A stretch of 64,000 bases of DNA from Paraphysomonas bandaiensis (GCA_965644295.1 CBFFRP010000397.1:1-64000), one strand, 5' to 3'. Shown: positions 38,009-52,222, counted from the first letter of the stretch. Numbers and translations: made by a program. Notes: generated by a model not told the origin, from the sequence alone.

Positions 38009-38678
38009 ATCTTGCTTTAAATATGAAAGGGTTTTTGTATCAAGCATTTAACATATTACTGCCATCTACCATTGATATCATCTATTCTTCTTACTTTTAT
38101 ATCTCAAACATTTCGACTACTCAAGTAGATTGAATACTCGCTTGTGCCGAAATGGTGTCTTATGTATATTACAATACATGAAACCCGGGTATATTGTAGC
38201 ATTTCCGTTGTGAATGTCATTGTTGAATCTTGAGATCAAAATACAACACCCTCTCAGTGTATAGAGCAGCGAAATGCACCGACTGCAACTATGACCACGA
38301 CAGCATCGTACATATATATATGGTCCTCAAGTGCCGCCACCACGACTGACCACCTACAGTATACAACATCAGATAATATTATGGTACTTAACCACTCCTG
38401 TAATGTTCTTGAATTTGTTTCGAAGCCTTTGCTATGAAGGTAGATCCCTTGCATGGACATCATTATGACCTTTCACATCAAACAAAAGATGGTGTATAGC
38501 ATGGGTTCTTTGATGATCTGTTTTTGAAAATTGGCTCATCATTGTGGTTTTTCAATGACTGTAATATAACTATGACTGTCAATATTATAGTTTAGATGGA
38601 GGAAAGTTTCTGTTCAAGCCAACGTTGAAATTGGATGTCTATATTAGCCTGGTGCTAATATAAGCGTTCTGTTAAGCC

Positions 38679-39281
38679 CAGGGCTGCGTAACAAGTAATT
38701 GTAATTGCAATTAAATTTCATGGAATATATAAGTAATAATTGCAATTAATTAACAATATTTTACTAATTCATTAGGCTTAGATCAGGATGGGTGGACCTA
38801 AGGAGGCGCAGCTCAAACGTTTTCTGTTGAACAGAACGGATGAAGAAGAGAAATAAGAAGATGATGGTGTCGACTCACTGACGAGAAGACACCAAACCCA
38901 CCAAGAACAAAAGCAATGTGAAAGTCTTATTACCGCTACTTGACCAAAAACCAACTAAGTACCGCTGCTTGAAGTATATTTAGTCCACTACTAATTGTGT
39001 AGAAAGGCTTTTTAGTAGAACAAAAATCAACATTGGTGATCTGCGCAAATCTATAGCATCTCATCGATTGGAGGCCCTTATGTTCTTGCGCTTTAATAGA
39101 CTTCTGTGGAATGCAACTACAGATGAAGATGCTATTCATGCTTGTAATGAGTAACTAATTTAATAAGACAATAATTGGCTATTAAATTGCAATTATAATT
39201 GCGCGAGATATAACTAATAATTGCAATTTAATTGCTGAAAAACATTTGCAATTAAATTGCAATAATTGTTACACAGCCTTG
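38679..39281 (+). mobile_element. Internally deleted hAT transposon
   Basis: TIRs CAGGGCTGCGTAACAA / TTGTTACACAGCCTTG; 8-bp TSD GTTAAGCC/GTTGAGCC; subterminal AATTGC repeats; dimerisation-domain remnant TTNCVERLFS...LEALMFLRFN. Confidence 0.88.
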
Positions 39282-39518
39282 GTTGAGCCCGATTCAGGTA
39301 GAGAAAAAGGCAAAATGGGGATAGTCAAATTTTCAAACGTCATGCTCCATACTATTCTGTAGTGTTACTCTAATATTTGGTTCGAATGGTATATATTAGC
39401 TTAAAAAAAACAATATAGAAGCTGAATTTTATTACAATTTGAGCTACGTATGATGAATGCATGCTACTAACAACTCCCACTGCGATGACACAGGTTAGGA
39501 GACAGTCGCAGGGTCGCA

Positions 39519-40265
39519 TTATACAAATCGACTCTCCATAACTCCAAAATAAGACAAAGTTCCAAATATTCCGGCCCAAATTAGACCATGCTTAAAAGAT
39601 TTCCTCCCTAAACCCATAGACATCATAGCCGTAGTGGCGCCAAGGAAGCCAGAACAGGCACTGTTCCAGTGGTCTGACTTTTGACGAACCCGGTATAAAT
39701 ATTCATTGCTTGAAAAAAGTACGGCACCTAAAAGCGCGGACGAGCGAGCAAACTGCCACCCTCGCTGTAGCACATATTTTTGAGCTACATGAGGCAAAGA
39801 ATGTAGTTTTCTATTCTTCGATTCCAAAAATGCCAACGGAAATCCAATAATAAGGCCTGAAGTCCCGAAAGTTGTAAAATGGTGAATAAACAAAAAAGAG
39901 CACAAGGATGATAATCCTTCTTTCGCGTACATCTCATCAAAAAAATCACGAAATGTTGCATTCCCAGTTTTTAATTTTTCGAACCATTCCTTCGCATCCA
40001 TACCCCTTATCGAACTGCCTCCAGTTGGCCCCGATGCATTCATTACTTTACCCTCACCTGACCAAGATTCATTGTTCATTTCATCGTCACTCGACCAAGA
40101 TTCATTGTTCATTTTATCGTCACTCGACCAAGATTCGTCTTTCTGGTAGAGATCTCGACTGCCTGAAGCTTCGTCCAATCGATCAATATCATATGGATCT
40201 TGAAACGGTTCCTCGTAATCCACTTTGGTAGGGTTATCTTCAGCATGAAATTTACTCTTTCCCAT
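39519..40265 (-). CDS. Tim17/Tim22/Tim23-family membrane protein with acidic N-terminal extension
   Basis: C-terminal FARSSALLGAVLF...RVRQKSDHWNSACSGFLGA pattern typical of the Tim17 family. May contain a short in-frame intron. Confidence 0.7.
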   Translation of the reverse strand: MGKSKFHAEDNPTKVDYEEPFQDPYDIDRLDEASGSRDLYQKDESWSSDDKMNNESWSSDDEMNNESWSGEGKVMNASGPTGGSSIRGMDAKEWFEKLKTGNATFRDFFDEMYAKEGLSSLCSFLFIHHFTTFGTSGLIIGFPLAFLESKNRKLHSLPHVAQKYVLQRGWQFARSSALLGAVLFSSNEYLYRVRQKSDHWNSACSGFLGATTAMMSMGLGRKSFKHGLIWAGIFGTLSYFGVMESRFV

Positions 40266-40357
40266 TAGCTGATCACACTCAAAGTGATGTATATAATTTT
40301 CTTCAAGTTAGATTATGACTAGAAATGCTTTTAATGCACAACAGAATCTTCTGTGTA

Positions 40358-40415
40358 CGTATATGTATATATATGTATATGTGTATGTGTGTATATGTGT
40401 ATGTGTGTATATGTG
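40358..40415. repeat. Imperfect (TATGTG/TATA) microsatellite
   Basis: gtatatgtatatatatgtatatgtgtatgtgtgtatatgtgtatgtgtgtatatgtgt. Confidence 0.85.
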
Positions 40416-40627
40416 TTGTAGGACAGCACAAACGAAATTGATAATCTAAAATCGGAAATCCGGAAATGTGAAAAGAAAACAATACATTTTATACAATATT
40501 ATAATAAAATATCCAAAAATTAAATATAACTGGAAAAGTAAGTTAAGTTCCTACCTTACATACAGCTACTATAATTTAAGCACAAATTAAACAGCAGCGT
40601 TGCAGCTAGTGTGTTGCTGTAGCGAAA

Positions 40628-42452
40628 ATGAAATGGAGGCTCACTGGGACAGTGCTTGTTGCACTCACAGCTTTGTTATACAACCTATGGAACAAATACT
40701 GGATATATATTCCTGGTATACTCCTCTCACTGAAGAGTCCGGTTGCAAAGAATCAAAGAGTCAGCTGGGATAGTTTTAAACCAGATAATACATCAGACAG
40801 GGCTGCAGATAATGACCCTAATATTATACTTATACTTGTCGATGACTTAGGGTTTAACGATATCTCGTTTTATGGTGGAGGTGTTTTCGGTGGCAATATC
40901 TCAACGCCTCACATTGACTCAATTGCTCATAATGGTGTGTCATTTCTTAATGCCTATACTGGCCACGCAACTTGTGCACCCTCACGGGCAGCACTGATGA
41001 CTGGTCGCTACGCAACTCGTGTAGGTTTTGAATTCACTCCTACCCATCCAGGGTACGTAAAAATATTAGGGACATCTCCTAAGGCGCTGAGGAAAGGAAT
41101 ATATCATAAACACCTAGCTGAGGGACTAAGCACAGACAATATGACTCTTCCCCTTTCTGAGGTAACAATGGCTCAGGCATTGGCGGATGTAGGTTACAGA
41201 ACCTTGATGCTCGGTAAATGGTGAGTTTACACTGTTTCTGCTTAGGATATCATATAGTTATCTGATATTTTGTACGCGTTTATACTTGGGTTGCATGTGT
41301 GATTGCTCATGACTACAAGTATTTTGATGAGTATACCTTAGTATGATGTATTTGTATGAACACGTTCTGATCAGGCACTTGGGGGATACTGATGAAACTA
41401 AACCTATTCGTCGAGGCTTTCATGAGACACTTGGTTTTAACCTTCTTTCCCGCTCTTTGCCCCCTGGGCACACCGATGCTGTTGATTTTAGACTGGACGA
41501 CATGTTGGACAAGTTCTGTTGGGCTAATGTTCAATATGCTGTGTCTAAAGACGGTGTTGGCCGGATGGAACCAGAAGGGTATCTTACGGATTACTTTGCA
41601 GAAGAGGCATCCCGAGCAATAGAAGCCAATCGATACCGAAAGTTTTTTATGTATATGTCATTCTTAGCGCCGCATACACCTTTGCAAGCCCACAAGAAGT
41701 ACTATGACCAACTTGCGCATATTGAGGACGAATTGACTAGAGTTTACGGAGCTATAATCCTTGCCCTTGATAATGCAGTTGGGCGAATTCTTCGATCACT
41801 AAAAGACACGGGTCTTGAAGACAACACAATGGTTATTTTTACGAACGATAATGGCGCACCAAACTGGATTATGCGCATGGATGTGAACCGCCCATATAGA
41901 GGTTGGAAAGGAACTTTATTTGAAGGAGGAATTCGAACCCCGCTCTTTATGCAATGGCCCCGTGTAATACCTGCAGGGACTGTTCGATCGCACCCTGTCA
42001 GTCACATTGACCTGTTTCCCACTATTCTTTCTTCTACTGCTGATGGACGGGCTGCGTTATCTTCCCGGGAAGGGGAATTAGACGGTGTGAATTTATTACC
42101 GTATGTTACGACTTTAGAGACCCCTAGTACCCCCCCTCCTCATGAGACTTTATACTGGAGATCAGGGCACTACAGTGCTCTCCGTCGTGGGGAATGGAAG
42201 GTACAAGTAGCTGGAAATCCCAATAAAAAGTGGCTATTTAATCTTAAGGAAGATCCGGCTGAGCACAACAATCTTGCCGATGTGGCGGGCTACGAAAACA
42301 TTCTTTATGATATGGTTGATCACCTCAATAAAGTTGCTGCAACTCAAAGGGAGCCAATATGGCCATCTATTACGGAGACAGCAATACACATAGACAAACT
42401 CTTCGAACACAATGAAACTCTGGAAGATGAGTATGTATATTGGCCAAACTAG
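40628..42452 (+). CDS. Formylglycine-dependent sulfatase (arylsulfatase-like), one intron ~41221-41374
   Basis: PNIILILVDDLG, CAPSRAALMTGR (CxPxR), GKW|HLG across the intron, APHTP, NDNG, KGTLFEGGIR. Confidence 0.95.
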
Positions 42453-42725
42453 TCGTTTATACCACTGCTAAATGCCGATATGAGTTTTGAACATCACAGG
42501 ACATATGCTGCTTTAAATAATAGGCTCCAAATATTTTAACACTCTAGCCTGATGAAGTATATATGTGAATGACCCAATCATTTTGAACTAGAAACTACAC
42601 TTGAGAAAATGTGTCGGATCTATAAGTAGTATGCAGCATTCTATATATTAAGTATGTACTAGTTCACGTAGAAATATTCTACACTTTAGCGGTTCTAGCT
42701 GATTACCACACTCCATCTAATGTCT

Positions 42726-42998
42726 CCCTCAACAAAGTCGGACTCGTACCTTTTCATGGTGCTCTGGGGGATAAGTATCAGAGATATTTCTCCGGGAAAC
42801 TAACGTGAGCCGCAAACATAGTCAGCATATATTGTTCTGCCCACTCATAGCCAAACGCTTGTGTGGTACATGGGACACTATAATAAGTATCACTTGTGCA
42901 GACGTCTTCGGGCCTTGACGAATGAACAGGTATCCGGGAATGGGCCCACCTCAAGGGCATCCGGGACAGGGTACACCTCAAGGGTAACAGGGGTATTC
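42726..42998 (+). mobile_element. Ribozyme-headed element copy, 3'-truncated
   Basis: Aligns to 28500-28770 from the first CCC. Confidence 0.85.
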
Positions 42999-43238
42999 AG
43001 TTTCATTCTACAGTAGTAGCTATCATGTTGTTAGTTCTCATAATGCTGTTAACCAATACTGTATTCTTCGACTAACGGTCATAATTCCAATACCTTAGAA
43101 TTACAGCTTTTAATTGCTCAAACAGCAAACCTCAACACTTCCTCTAAATTTAAAACTGTACACTGAATCTTGAAACCACGAGACATAACTCACGGATAGA
43201 ATTACAGCTTTTAATTGCTCCAACAGCAAAGCTCAACA
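42998..43238 (-). repeat. Copia LTR/PPT fragments, partly duplicated
   Basis: Two copies of AATTACAGCTTTTAATTGCTC..ACAGCAAA.CTCAACA; PPT complement CTTCCTCT after the first. Confidence 0.7.
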
Positions 43239-44814
43239 GTACTAGGCATAAATAGGGCTAGGTAACAATATATTGCAGTTCCCTATATTGTTCCCTAGCC
43301 CTGGTAAATAAATCGATTCTAGATGAAAGTGTTTGAATGAAATTAAGACTTCATTCTCAACTACACACAGTTTTAAGTTCTAATGTGTACTACTGCACCG
43401 TGCACAAACATGTGGTTTCATTGTTGTTAATAATAGTATAATAGTGAGTAATATTATGCAACCAGTTTATAAACTACACGATAACACAATATATCTCTGC
43501 CTAGCTGACAGGAACAAGATTATTTCAGACAAAGGAAGCCTACAGAATGTGCCAACTATTCCAGTAGAGTTGCGTAACTTGTGTAAGACCGTAAGGGGTA
43601 TAATTGTCAACTTGAGCGTATCCTATCAAGGCTGGTACATACTATCTACGCTCTTGGGCGAGAGATGATGCCATTGTATTCACTGTTGACCAAGAAGCGC
43701 TCGCAGATTTTATACACAGACATTACTCAGAGCTGCGGTTTAGTACTACTGAGTCTAGTGAAGGACTATAGACATGTGTAGTGCACTCCCTGTGTCTAAT
43801 AATCTCGCACAGTAATCGTTCAATCAGTGAAATCAGTCAACGATGCAACATTCATAATGATTTTATGTGTAAAGCCAAACCACATGACAACTTCTGCAGT
43901 ATTCAGTGTTGTACTCCTAGCTAAGCAACCCTTTCGCATTATAGTATTGGGATAAACGGGGTTCCAGTTTGATAGTAATGGGAAAGGGGAAAATGTGAAA
44001 AAGGGGATTTCCCATTCTTTTTGCAAGAAACCACCTACGAACGTTAGATTTTTTCATATCTTGAAGAGTCCTCCACCAAATTTGTGTTGAACTTTCGACA
44101 GAGAATTTGTTTATTTTGACTGGTGATTCCTGCCCCATATAAATATTTCGATAGTGGGGTTGTGGATGAGGTACAACAACAGTCACTGATGTTGTTATAT
44201 ATATCAACATACATATCAATATCCAGTTTGGTATCTATATATTAAATATAATATATCAGAATGATATCGTGAGATCCATTCTATTACTTTTACTAGAATC
44301 GCGCTTCATAGCTGTTAGAGTATTATATCATTTTAGAGAATCGATTTTGTTAAACTATGTCAAGATCCCCGCAATTAGAGGTTTATATTAATAGTACTTA
44401 ATAGTAGACTCATGTAACAAATATTTTAATAGAGAACTGTAGGACTGTTTTGGGAGAAAAGTGGGATTGATGGAAACAATCCCATTGCACTGAGCCATGT
44501 TTTGTACGACATTGCGAAGTCATTTAGTTCCGCTGGAAATGTCGATATTGCTGAAATATTCATGCCATCTGTGACTGAGGAAGAAGAGAGAATGTTTAAT
44601 GAGATTGGTTTTGAGGTATTTGATATATTATGAAGTATATGAATTACTCTCATATTATAATAATTAGGTTATTGAAGAGACGCAAGAGAATGTTATCAAT
44701 GGACGATCTTTATTTTGTCGAATTCTATTGTGGTTATGGGATACGGAGCGCACGCAGAAGAACACACAACTTCCCTGTGTTGTTCTTGTAACAAGAAATA
44801 ATGACTACGCCTCA

Positions 44815-47390
44815 ATGCTGAATAAGTTTCGTAATCGAAGGTTTGTACAAGTTATGCGTATATATACTCGCATTTCACTGTACTATCTGTAGTGTGTACG
44901 TGGTATGTATCTCAAACTTCATAGAAGACAATCAACCTATTAATCATGAGTTGCGTCGGGCGTGTACTACGTCAATTGAATTTAATGACGTTATTGAGCG
45001 GTCACAAGAAGTGTCTATTTCTGAAATCAAACACTGTAGTGATTCTGATTCACCGTCACCCCTGAACCCTCCAGAATCCAGCACAGGAGAACCTCCACAT
45101 GAAAATTCATCATCTTTACGTAACGACGAGGAAAACGCGACTAACGGAAAGTCTCCAGAAGAATCGCCTCAGTCGGTGATTCACACCCGATCTGGTGAGG
45201 ATTTATTTCCGGATCACACACGTGGATTACCACTGTCTTACCAACGATCTCTCTGGCACGTAGATAACTCAGCTGGTTACGTACCTTCTGCTGCTGTTGA
45301 AGATATGCAAGACATGCGGTTAGGCGGAGACCCAAGATTGGATGCGATCCACCGCAGTTCCAGCAGCGAAGGGTCCACGAGTCGTTATAGCAGTTCTGGA
45401 CTACCCACTGCCCACGTGTCCCCGTCACATTTTAATAGTTCTTCGTTCAATTCTTCACCGTTTGTTCCACCAAAAGTGAATGAAGTATCCCCTCTTGCTG
45501 ACCAAGGGGGTTTCTGGAACTCTACTCCTCCACCCTCTAATCAACAGTCATCTGGTAGCGAGGTTATTTCTCGGGAGCAACGCGCATTGCATGGTGAACT
45601 TGTGAATGCAGTGTATGCTTACAATGTCAAGACTGCTGTCTCCACTTTGCGAAAAATATACACCAAACAAACGAGGCATTACCGCATCCCCACTATTCTT
45701 GCCGTAGTGTTTCCAGACACAGGTGCTATGGTTGCTGATGGACGAACGGATCTGTTAAATGTTGCCGTGGGGTTTTCATTAGACTGCATACAGTGGTGTT
45801 TCGGTATGCAGAAAGGGGAAAATATTGAGTCTTTCAAATACAAAATGAATGCTAATATTGCTCGCTGGATACTTCGGGAAACAGTACGTAAGGGTGTACC
45901 GTCACCGCCTACACAGGTCATTATGAACACAACAGTCTCTGTCGTCAACCATATACTGGACACAGTTGTGGAATTAGACTTCGCCTGGGAGCTCTTGACC
46001 GCAATGAAAGTGCCGAATGCGGTGCAGCGCCTGGTTCCATATATTCTTACTTGGCGGGCTTCGTCTGACTCATCGGTGGAGGCTCGTGTTAACGAATTCC
46101 TCTACGATCATCAGGAATTTTCTATCATGATACCGCCATCGCAATCTCGACTCGATCGCAATATGTTCACCCCTCAGGGAGGATATAGGTGGGATGACTC
46201 GGCCGATAGGAAGTTGGTTCTTGGTGGGGGAACCCATATAATGCAGGTGAGTCATATTCGTGCTGCGTCCGTTGTATCATGAGTACAGATGCATTGCAAG
46301 TGATATAACCTCATTCACAGGCTCATCCAGGGCAAACCAAGAAACATGTGGACACTGAGGACCAATCTTTGGAGAACAGGTTACTAAAGTTATTGGCTCG
46401 ATCCCAAAAAGGCGAGCTAGGTGCACGTATTCCAGCACTCTACCGCGATGAATATGGCGAGTCTTTGCGTCTGCGTGGTCGCAAATTGAAGGATATTCTT
46501 CTGGGTAATTGTCACTATATTTAAACCTGTTATAAAGCTAACTGAAATCAATATATTAGATACTGGGAAGGTTGAAATGATTGGGGCTGAGGGTCCTGGA
46601 GACAAAGTGTTCAGAATTGTGTCTAAGCACGGTAGCAACCGTCCGCCCATGCATCGACCGTCCCACACCGGAGAAACTGGTATGAGTTCGGCTACAGGGT
46701 CGTATGGAGGACATCACCGCTCCCAGAGTGAAGATGTATGTCATGTTGCATTTTGCATTCAATATATTGTTTTATGAATGTATTGTATTCTCAGTTCTTG
46801 CAGCTATCTATCGGGAATCAACAGCAGCAATTTCCAGCAGCGGATCTGCGCAGTAGAAGCGAAGAGGTAAGAAGACCGTGCTCAGTAATCGCGTTGTTGC
46901 ATTTGTATATTACTGTGCCTTACTTGCACTGTTATTATTCTATAACTCACGTGTTTTGTCAGTATTACAACCACCAGTACCACCAGAATGTATTTCCTCA
47001 ACATTGTAGTGGTACCCGAAAGGTTCGGCCTTCAGGCCCACCTTTAACGTCAATTCTCTCCTACACATCAGCTGATTCATTGCACCCTCCACAGCAGCAT
47101 CAGACATCACATCAGTTGCAGCATAGTGCCGCGTCGTCTTACGGCTACACGGACCGATCATCGTCAGTGGAGAGTACGAGCGTACCACCTTATCTACATC
47201 ACCAGGATGACGACGACAATTCCTTTCTCTTCTCTCTGCACGATTCGGTAAGTACAATGTGTCTATGTTGGCGCCGCCTTGTGTATATTCGAAAATAACG
47301 TTTTATCAGCAGCAAAATTACGACTATACGGCTCCAATGATCTCTGAGCTCAACAGAGATTCGACTGTCCTTCATTCTGAGGAGTCGTAA
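44815..47390 (+). CDS. Hypothetical multi-exon protein with Ser/Pro/Gln-rich disordered regions
   Basis: 479-aa ORF plus downstream spliceable exons; central helical region not recognised; ends approximate. Confidence 0.6.
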
Positions 47391-49823
47391 GCTAAATCTA
47401 CAAATTTCTACCGATGAAGCTTAATTGGAAGATTACATTTCATTAAGTTGCCTGGAATTTCATACACCTGACACTGCTAATTATTTTGTCATTGTCTTTA
47501 TAGATATTTGTTTGGGCTTCTTCATCAAAGCTCGTGATAAACTATGTTTCATCACGCATCCTCAAGAATACGTTATGTTATAGGAATTATTACGTTAATT
47601 CTACCTACAAGATTATTTCAGACAGTGCTGTTGTGTCACTTATGACTGGCTTTTGTGGCCGGTGTTACTTTCAATGATCATGGATATGGGTATTATTAAA
47701 GACGAGTACAATTGTCATAGTGTACTTTTCGTATTTAAGATGGTAACAAGTCATTGCAGCTTGTATGATCAATTCAAGTTTGATGAATAAGCTCTGTCAT
47801 GGCGAAATATGGTTTAAGATATATAATGTGAAGTAATCACTAGATCAGAGCAATATCGTGTTGCTTTTTACACCTGCTACAGGAAAATAAAGTCGAAACA
47901 CTATTAGATAAGTGTTTTTATATCCATATTACATGAAACTTGTGAAGAACCTACTTTTATTTTCATTACTACTCTCGCAACGTCAAATTCATAGAATTTT
48001 ACTACTGGAATGCAGCATTGTTTTTGTGTTAATCAGGGAGCACCTATTTCCTCTAACAACAAGCAAACTAGAAATAGCTACACATTCTAGATACACTAGG
48101 TTTTCAATAAAACAAGGATAAGCTTCAATTTAGATCGCGGAACGATATAGCCTTATCCCCATTTTGTCTCAAAAAAAGCTTTTTTTGACCTGATTTTGTC
48201 TCAACAGGGCGCTCATATCAGCACCGGGAAAATATAGATATTCAACTTCAATATTCGATTCAACAGAAGCTCACTTCTACCCTAAGTCATATGTACGTGA
48301 TTTCATTATATTACACAATTATAGAGAAACCACAGTCATGAGTTAAATCATTAGACACTTCAAGTTATATTCCATCCTTCGACTTCTGTATAAGATCATA
48401 ACGGTGTCAGTGCAAGCGATCTATCTTCATAGCCAGGACTTCGAAACAACTTCAAGAATATTACAGGAGAGTTTAAGTACCATATCTGATGCTATATAGG
48501 TGGTTTGGAGCAATGACACCCAGTTCTTTCAGGGTTTGGGCCATATCGAGCTTCTCAGGAAATAGTGTGCCTCATATCATACTTACATCATTCGATCAGG
48601 CGCACTTGCAGAGGTAAAGCCTGCTGTATATAAATGTGATGATGATGCTAATGAAGGGGATAAGAAGCCTCTCTTTCACCTACAACTGTTCACATTCATC
48701 ATCACACTTACAGTATACATATCATTGATTTGAAACTATATGAGTTTTCATTTGTGTTCTTAATGTTTATCAGGGAACATCTATTTCTTAATACAGCAAG
48801 CATGCTACAAATAGCTATACAATCTAAAATTACAATTTAACCTCGGGATAATTGATCATTGAGTAAGTGTAGTGCTCAGTTTCGGATATAAAAACGGCTG
48901 GTAGTTCAGATTGGAAGCAACTTCCGAAGATCGATCAGATAGGAGTGATGAACTGGACAGAGAAAATTTAAGGTATCGTTCATGCGTAAAAGTAAGCATC
49001 ACACTACATGTGATATGATTTTGTCTTGTGAAAACTAATTCACACTTGTAACTGGATGCTTTAATAATTATCAATGCGATGATGCCGTTATGTAGAATAC
49101 TTTATCCTACGCCAACAATACAAAGAATGCCTATAATCGAATACTTTACTTTTCATGACTGAAGGTGATTCTCTTTCAGCATATATTCGACTAGCTATAT
49201 ATTAGAAATCTGTTTCGTAGTTAGGGAAGGTCTTAATGAGATAGCCGCAAAGAGAAGCTTTGCCACAGTTGCATCAACAGGAAGCTCTATTACGTTAATG
49301 TGTTTTTCTTCTCCAGTGTGCTTGATAGTTTCGTCATCGTCATTAGTCACCAGTGCTTCTTCTCTTATATCCTCGTCTCTGTTCAGTATACTCGTGAGTA
49401 CCTTACGCTTCTAAAGCTACTGCTTTTCCTCTTTGTGACGAAATTTCTTTCAGCATGCCTTGAACCACAAGACTCAGTCTAGCTCGTTCCATTATGTAGC
49501 ACTGTTACTGTTAGTTGGTGTACACTGTATGTCCAGAGTCCAGATGCTCGAGTGTTTGTTCTTGTTATGATGATCGTACGTCAACAGTTCTTGTAATATG
49601 ATGGATTTTTATTGTTAAAAAGTGCATTTTTATACTTAAAATAAGGGTTTTTAGAGTTAAAGTCTGTGTAAGTTATTATTATTTTTCATACTTGCTTTTG
49701 CAGTAAGTCTCCATTTTGTGTATGGTTAAAGTCAGTCAGTCAGTCAACAGTCAGGCTATGTCGGGTGTAATATCGAGATAGTTATCGGCACTTTTGCGAT
49801 TACTAAAGCTGCTGTATAGTGTC

Positions 49824-51045
49824 ATGAAAGAGTATAGCATACTGAAATGTATGCTGTTAGTGTCGTTTGTATCATATGTATCTGGTACGTTTGCTTGGAA
49901 TGGGCAGTTGCCTGGAACATACTCCAACCAGTGCCGAGATGCATCTCATATATCCGATGGGTTAGTTGTGTTTACTCCAGATAAATCTCGTGAAATAAGC
50001 TCTAATATCGGACGGGAGATTATCGTTTCATCTGTTAGCTCTCATGGACTGCCATTTGCTGTTAATTTAATGGCTTCTATGGCCAGAATCGATTTCACAG
50101 AAGATTTCCACCAGAAGGTTAACTTTGAACTATTATTTATTTCGCATGACGAGGAGACATTGAGACTCTGTGACCGCCTTTACGTTCCTTGTTGGCTACC
50201 AGACAGCCACCTTTTCTCCAGTAATAGTTCTTTTGTGTCAACGAATCGTTTTCAGTATCGCACTATGATCATGTCTCAAGTGATCGCGGTGCTTCTTCAA
50301 AATGGTTTCAATGTATTGAAAACTGAAGTGACATCGGTATGGTTAAAGTCTCCGTATGAATTGTTGCTCTCGACCTCTTCCGCAGAACGGAATATTCAGG
50401 TATGGATACGGCTAATCAATAGGCATTTTAATTTTGCAAGATATTTACTACAAATGGTGCACTTGAAATCAAATCCCTTTATAATTGATTGAAATACTTT
50501 TATGCGTAATAGATGCCCGGGACCAGTTTTCATGATGCAGCGTTTTATCATGTTACAAGTCACATCAACACAACTGCATTTTTTCTAGGTAGTCACCGTA
50601 TCTGCCACTCTATGAATAGAAAGTGGATTATGTGTTTTAGGGAACGACTGTCAGTGAACCAGCACTTAATAAGGTTAGTGCCGAAATAGCCTAAAATGAT
50701 TTTTGTCATATTTTCTGTTGTGTCTGAAGATACATTGGGAACAGTGGGTATGCTGCTGGTGGTTGCGCATGGAAGAGTATGAGTAAGCAAGAGCAGCAAC
50801 AGGCGTATATATTTTACGGCTCATGTGGAAAGAAAGGCTTTGGAGGATTGCTGGAATTTTATGATCAGTATGACATGTTTCGAATCCGAGCTCTTCGACC
50901 TGAGGGACGAAACAAAGGGGGACCACGAGAAAATAGCCCAACAATGACACAAGTACTTTTGTTAGCCACCGATGATCTTACTGAAGTAGCCTCGAGGGTA
51001 TCTACACTGTCTGATTTCTTAACTGCGGCTTCCGTGTCTATGTGA
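49824..51045 (+). CDS. Nucleotide-diphospho-sugar transferase (GT77)-like protein, divergent
   Basis: Signal anchor; FAVNLMAS, LLQNGFNVLKTEVTSVWLKSPY resemble the GT77 pattern LLxxGyxVlxxDxDxxwlxnP; several introns. Confidence 0.5.
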
Positions 51046-51454
51046 CAGGTATCAACATGCATGCACAAGAAAGGACTGCGGAATGCGTAAATGGAATATT
51101 CATGCATCATAGCATGTTTGCTTCTCAATGCTGTGCTGTAGTGAGTTATGGGTAGTCACTATTCTGGTGTTATAGTTATCGGACATCAAATGATCTGTTA
51201 GTCGTATATTGCATCTTTTGCTACTATAGATGCTGTGAGTGGGTGCAAATAGGTTTGGCCACTAAAGTGTGCATGTGCGTTGCTAGAGTGCAGAGAGGAT
51301 TTGTTGTGATCACGGTGTACTTAAATTACTGATACAAAGGGATAACGTTAACTAAGCATATTCTGGGCTATCACAACGAAGCAAATTCCTCTTATTTCAA
51401 TGCCCGAGACTAAATATTCGATTAGTAGTGTTGCAAGAGTAGTGCCTATCTAAC

Positions 51455-51630
51455 TTTTAGCAATAGGCGTGTCAGAGTCAGAACTAATGTAGCATTGCAA
51501 TTTAACTAAGTAGTGCTGAGCTCTGATATCCTACTACTATTTCACGCTTCGAAAGCTGCTTGTGCGACACAGCAAGCACGAAGATGCAACCGCTTTCGCT
51601 CTATCACTCAAAGCAATCGTAGTGAGCAAA
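51455..51630 (-). repeat. Isolated LINE/short-element 3' tail fragment
   Basis: GCAATAGGCGTG...CCTACTA..TTTCACGC...GCTGCTTGTGCG matches 59505-59680 and 59920-60080. Confidence 0.7.
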
Positions 51631-52222
51631 CCATGTAATGGTGATATTAAAATAGGTGCCCAACACCATTGCCTCCATCATATTTCGGTGGAGCCTGGCA
51701 CTAGACTATTTGCACAAACTAAATTTAATATCCACTTTTAGTATAAGTGTCCATCACTATTGGCTATAACAATATCACTAAACCCTATTCACACTATCAT
51801 TCTAACATTAGAATGGTTAGTGACTATAAATATTAAATATGTTGTAAAACTTGAAAAAATCGAACGAAGAACGAATTTGAGAGTAACTACGAGTAAAGTC
51901 AAAGCATGTATATATTAGTATATTCTACGGGAAGTTTATTTGACATATTCAAAGATAAGGTCGCAATTATAGTACCTCTTAAATCCAAGTAAGTAATTTT
52001 GACTGCGTAGAAAAATATAGCACACATATATAAAATAAATATAATAGCTTATCAAATATAGTTTAACATTTAAAACATACACTATGCATGAGATTCTACA
52101 GATTATGTAGATAAGACAGCACAGTGCTTGCTCTGTTAGAATTCACATCGCAATAGAAAACACACAAACTGTACAGTACGAACAGGCAGTGGAGCGTATC
52201 TGCAATATTAAACAGACCCTGA

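Noticed and set aside
43800-44660. Short minus-strand ORFs that may form a small gene (likewise 30494-30721)
   Set aside because: No recognisable domain, and I could not build a reliable splice model.
48120-49560. Degenerate coding-like sequence, possibly a DNA-transposon remnant (also ~38030-38670)
   Set aside because: No motif, TIR pair or TSD that I could support.
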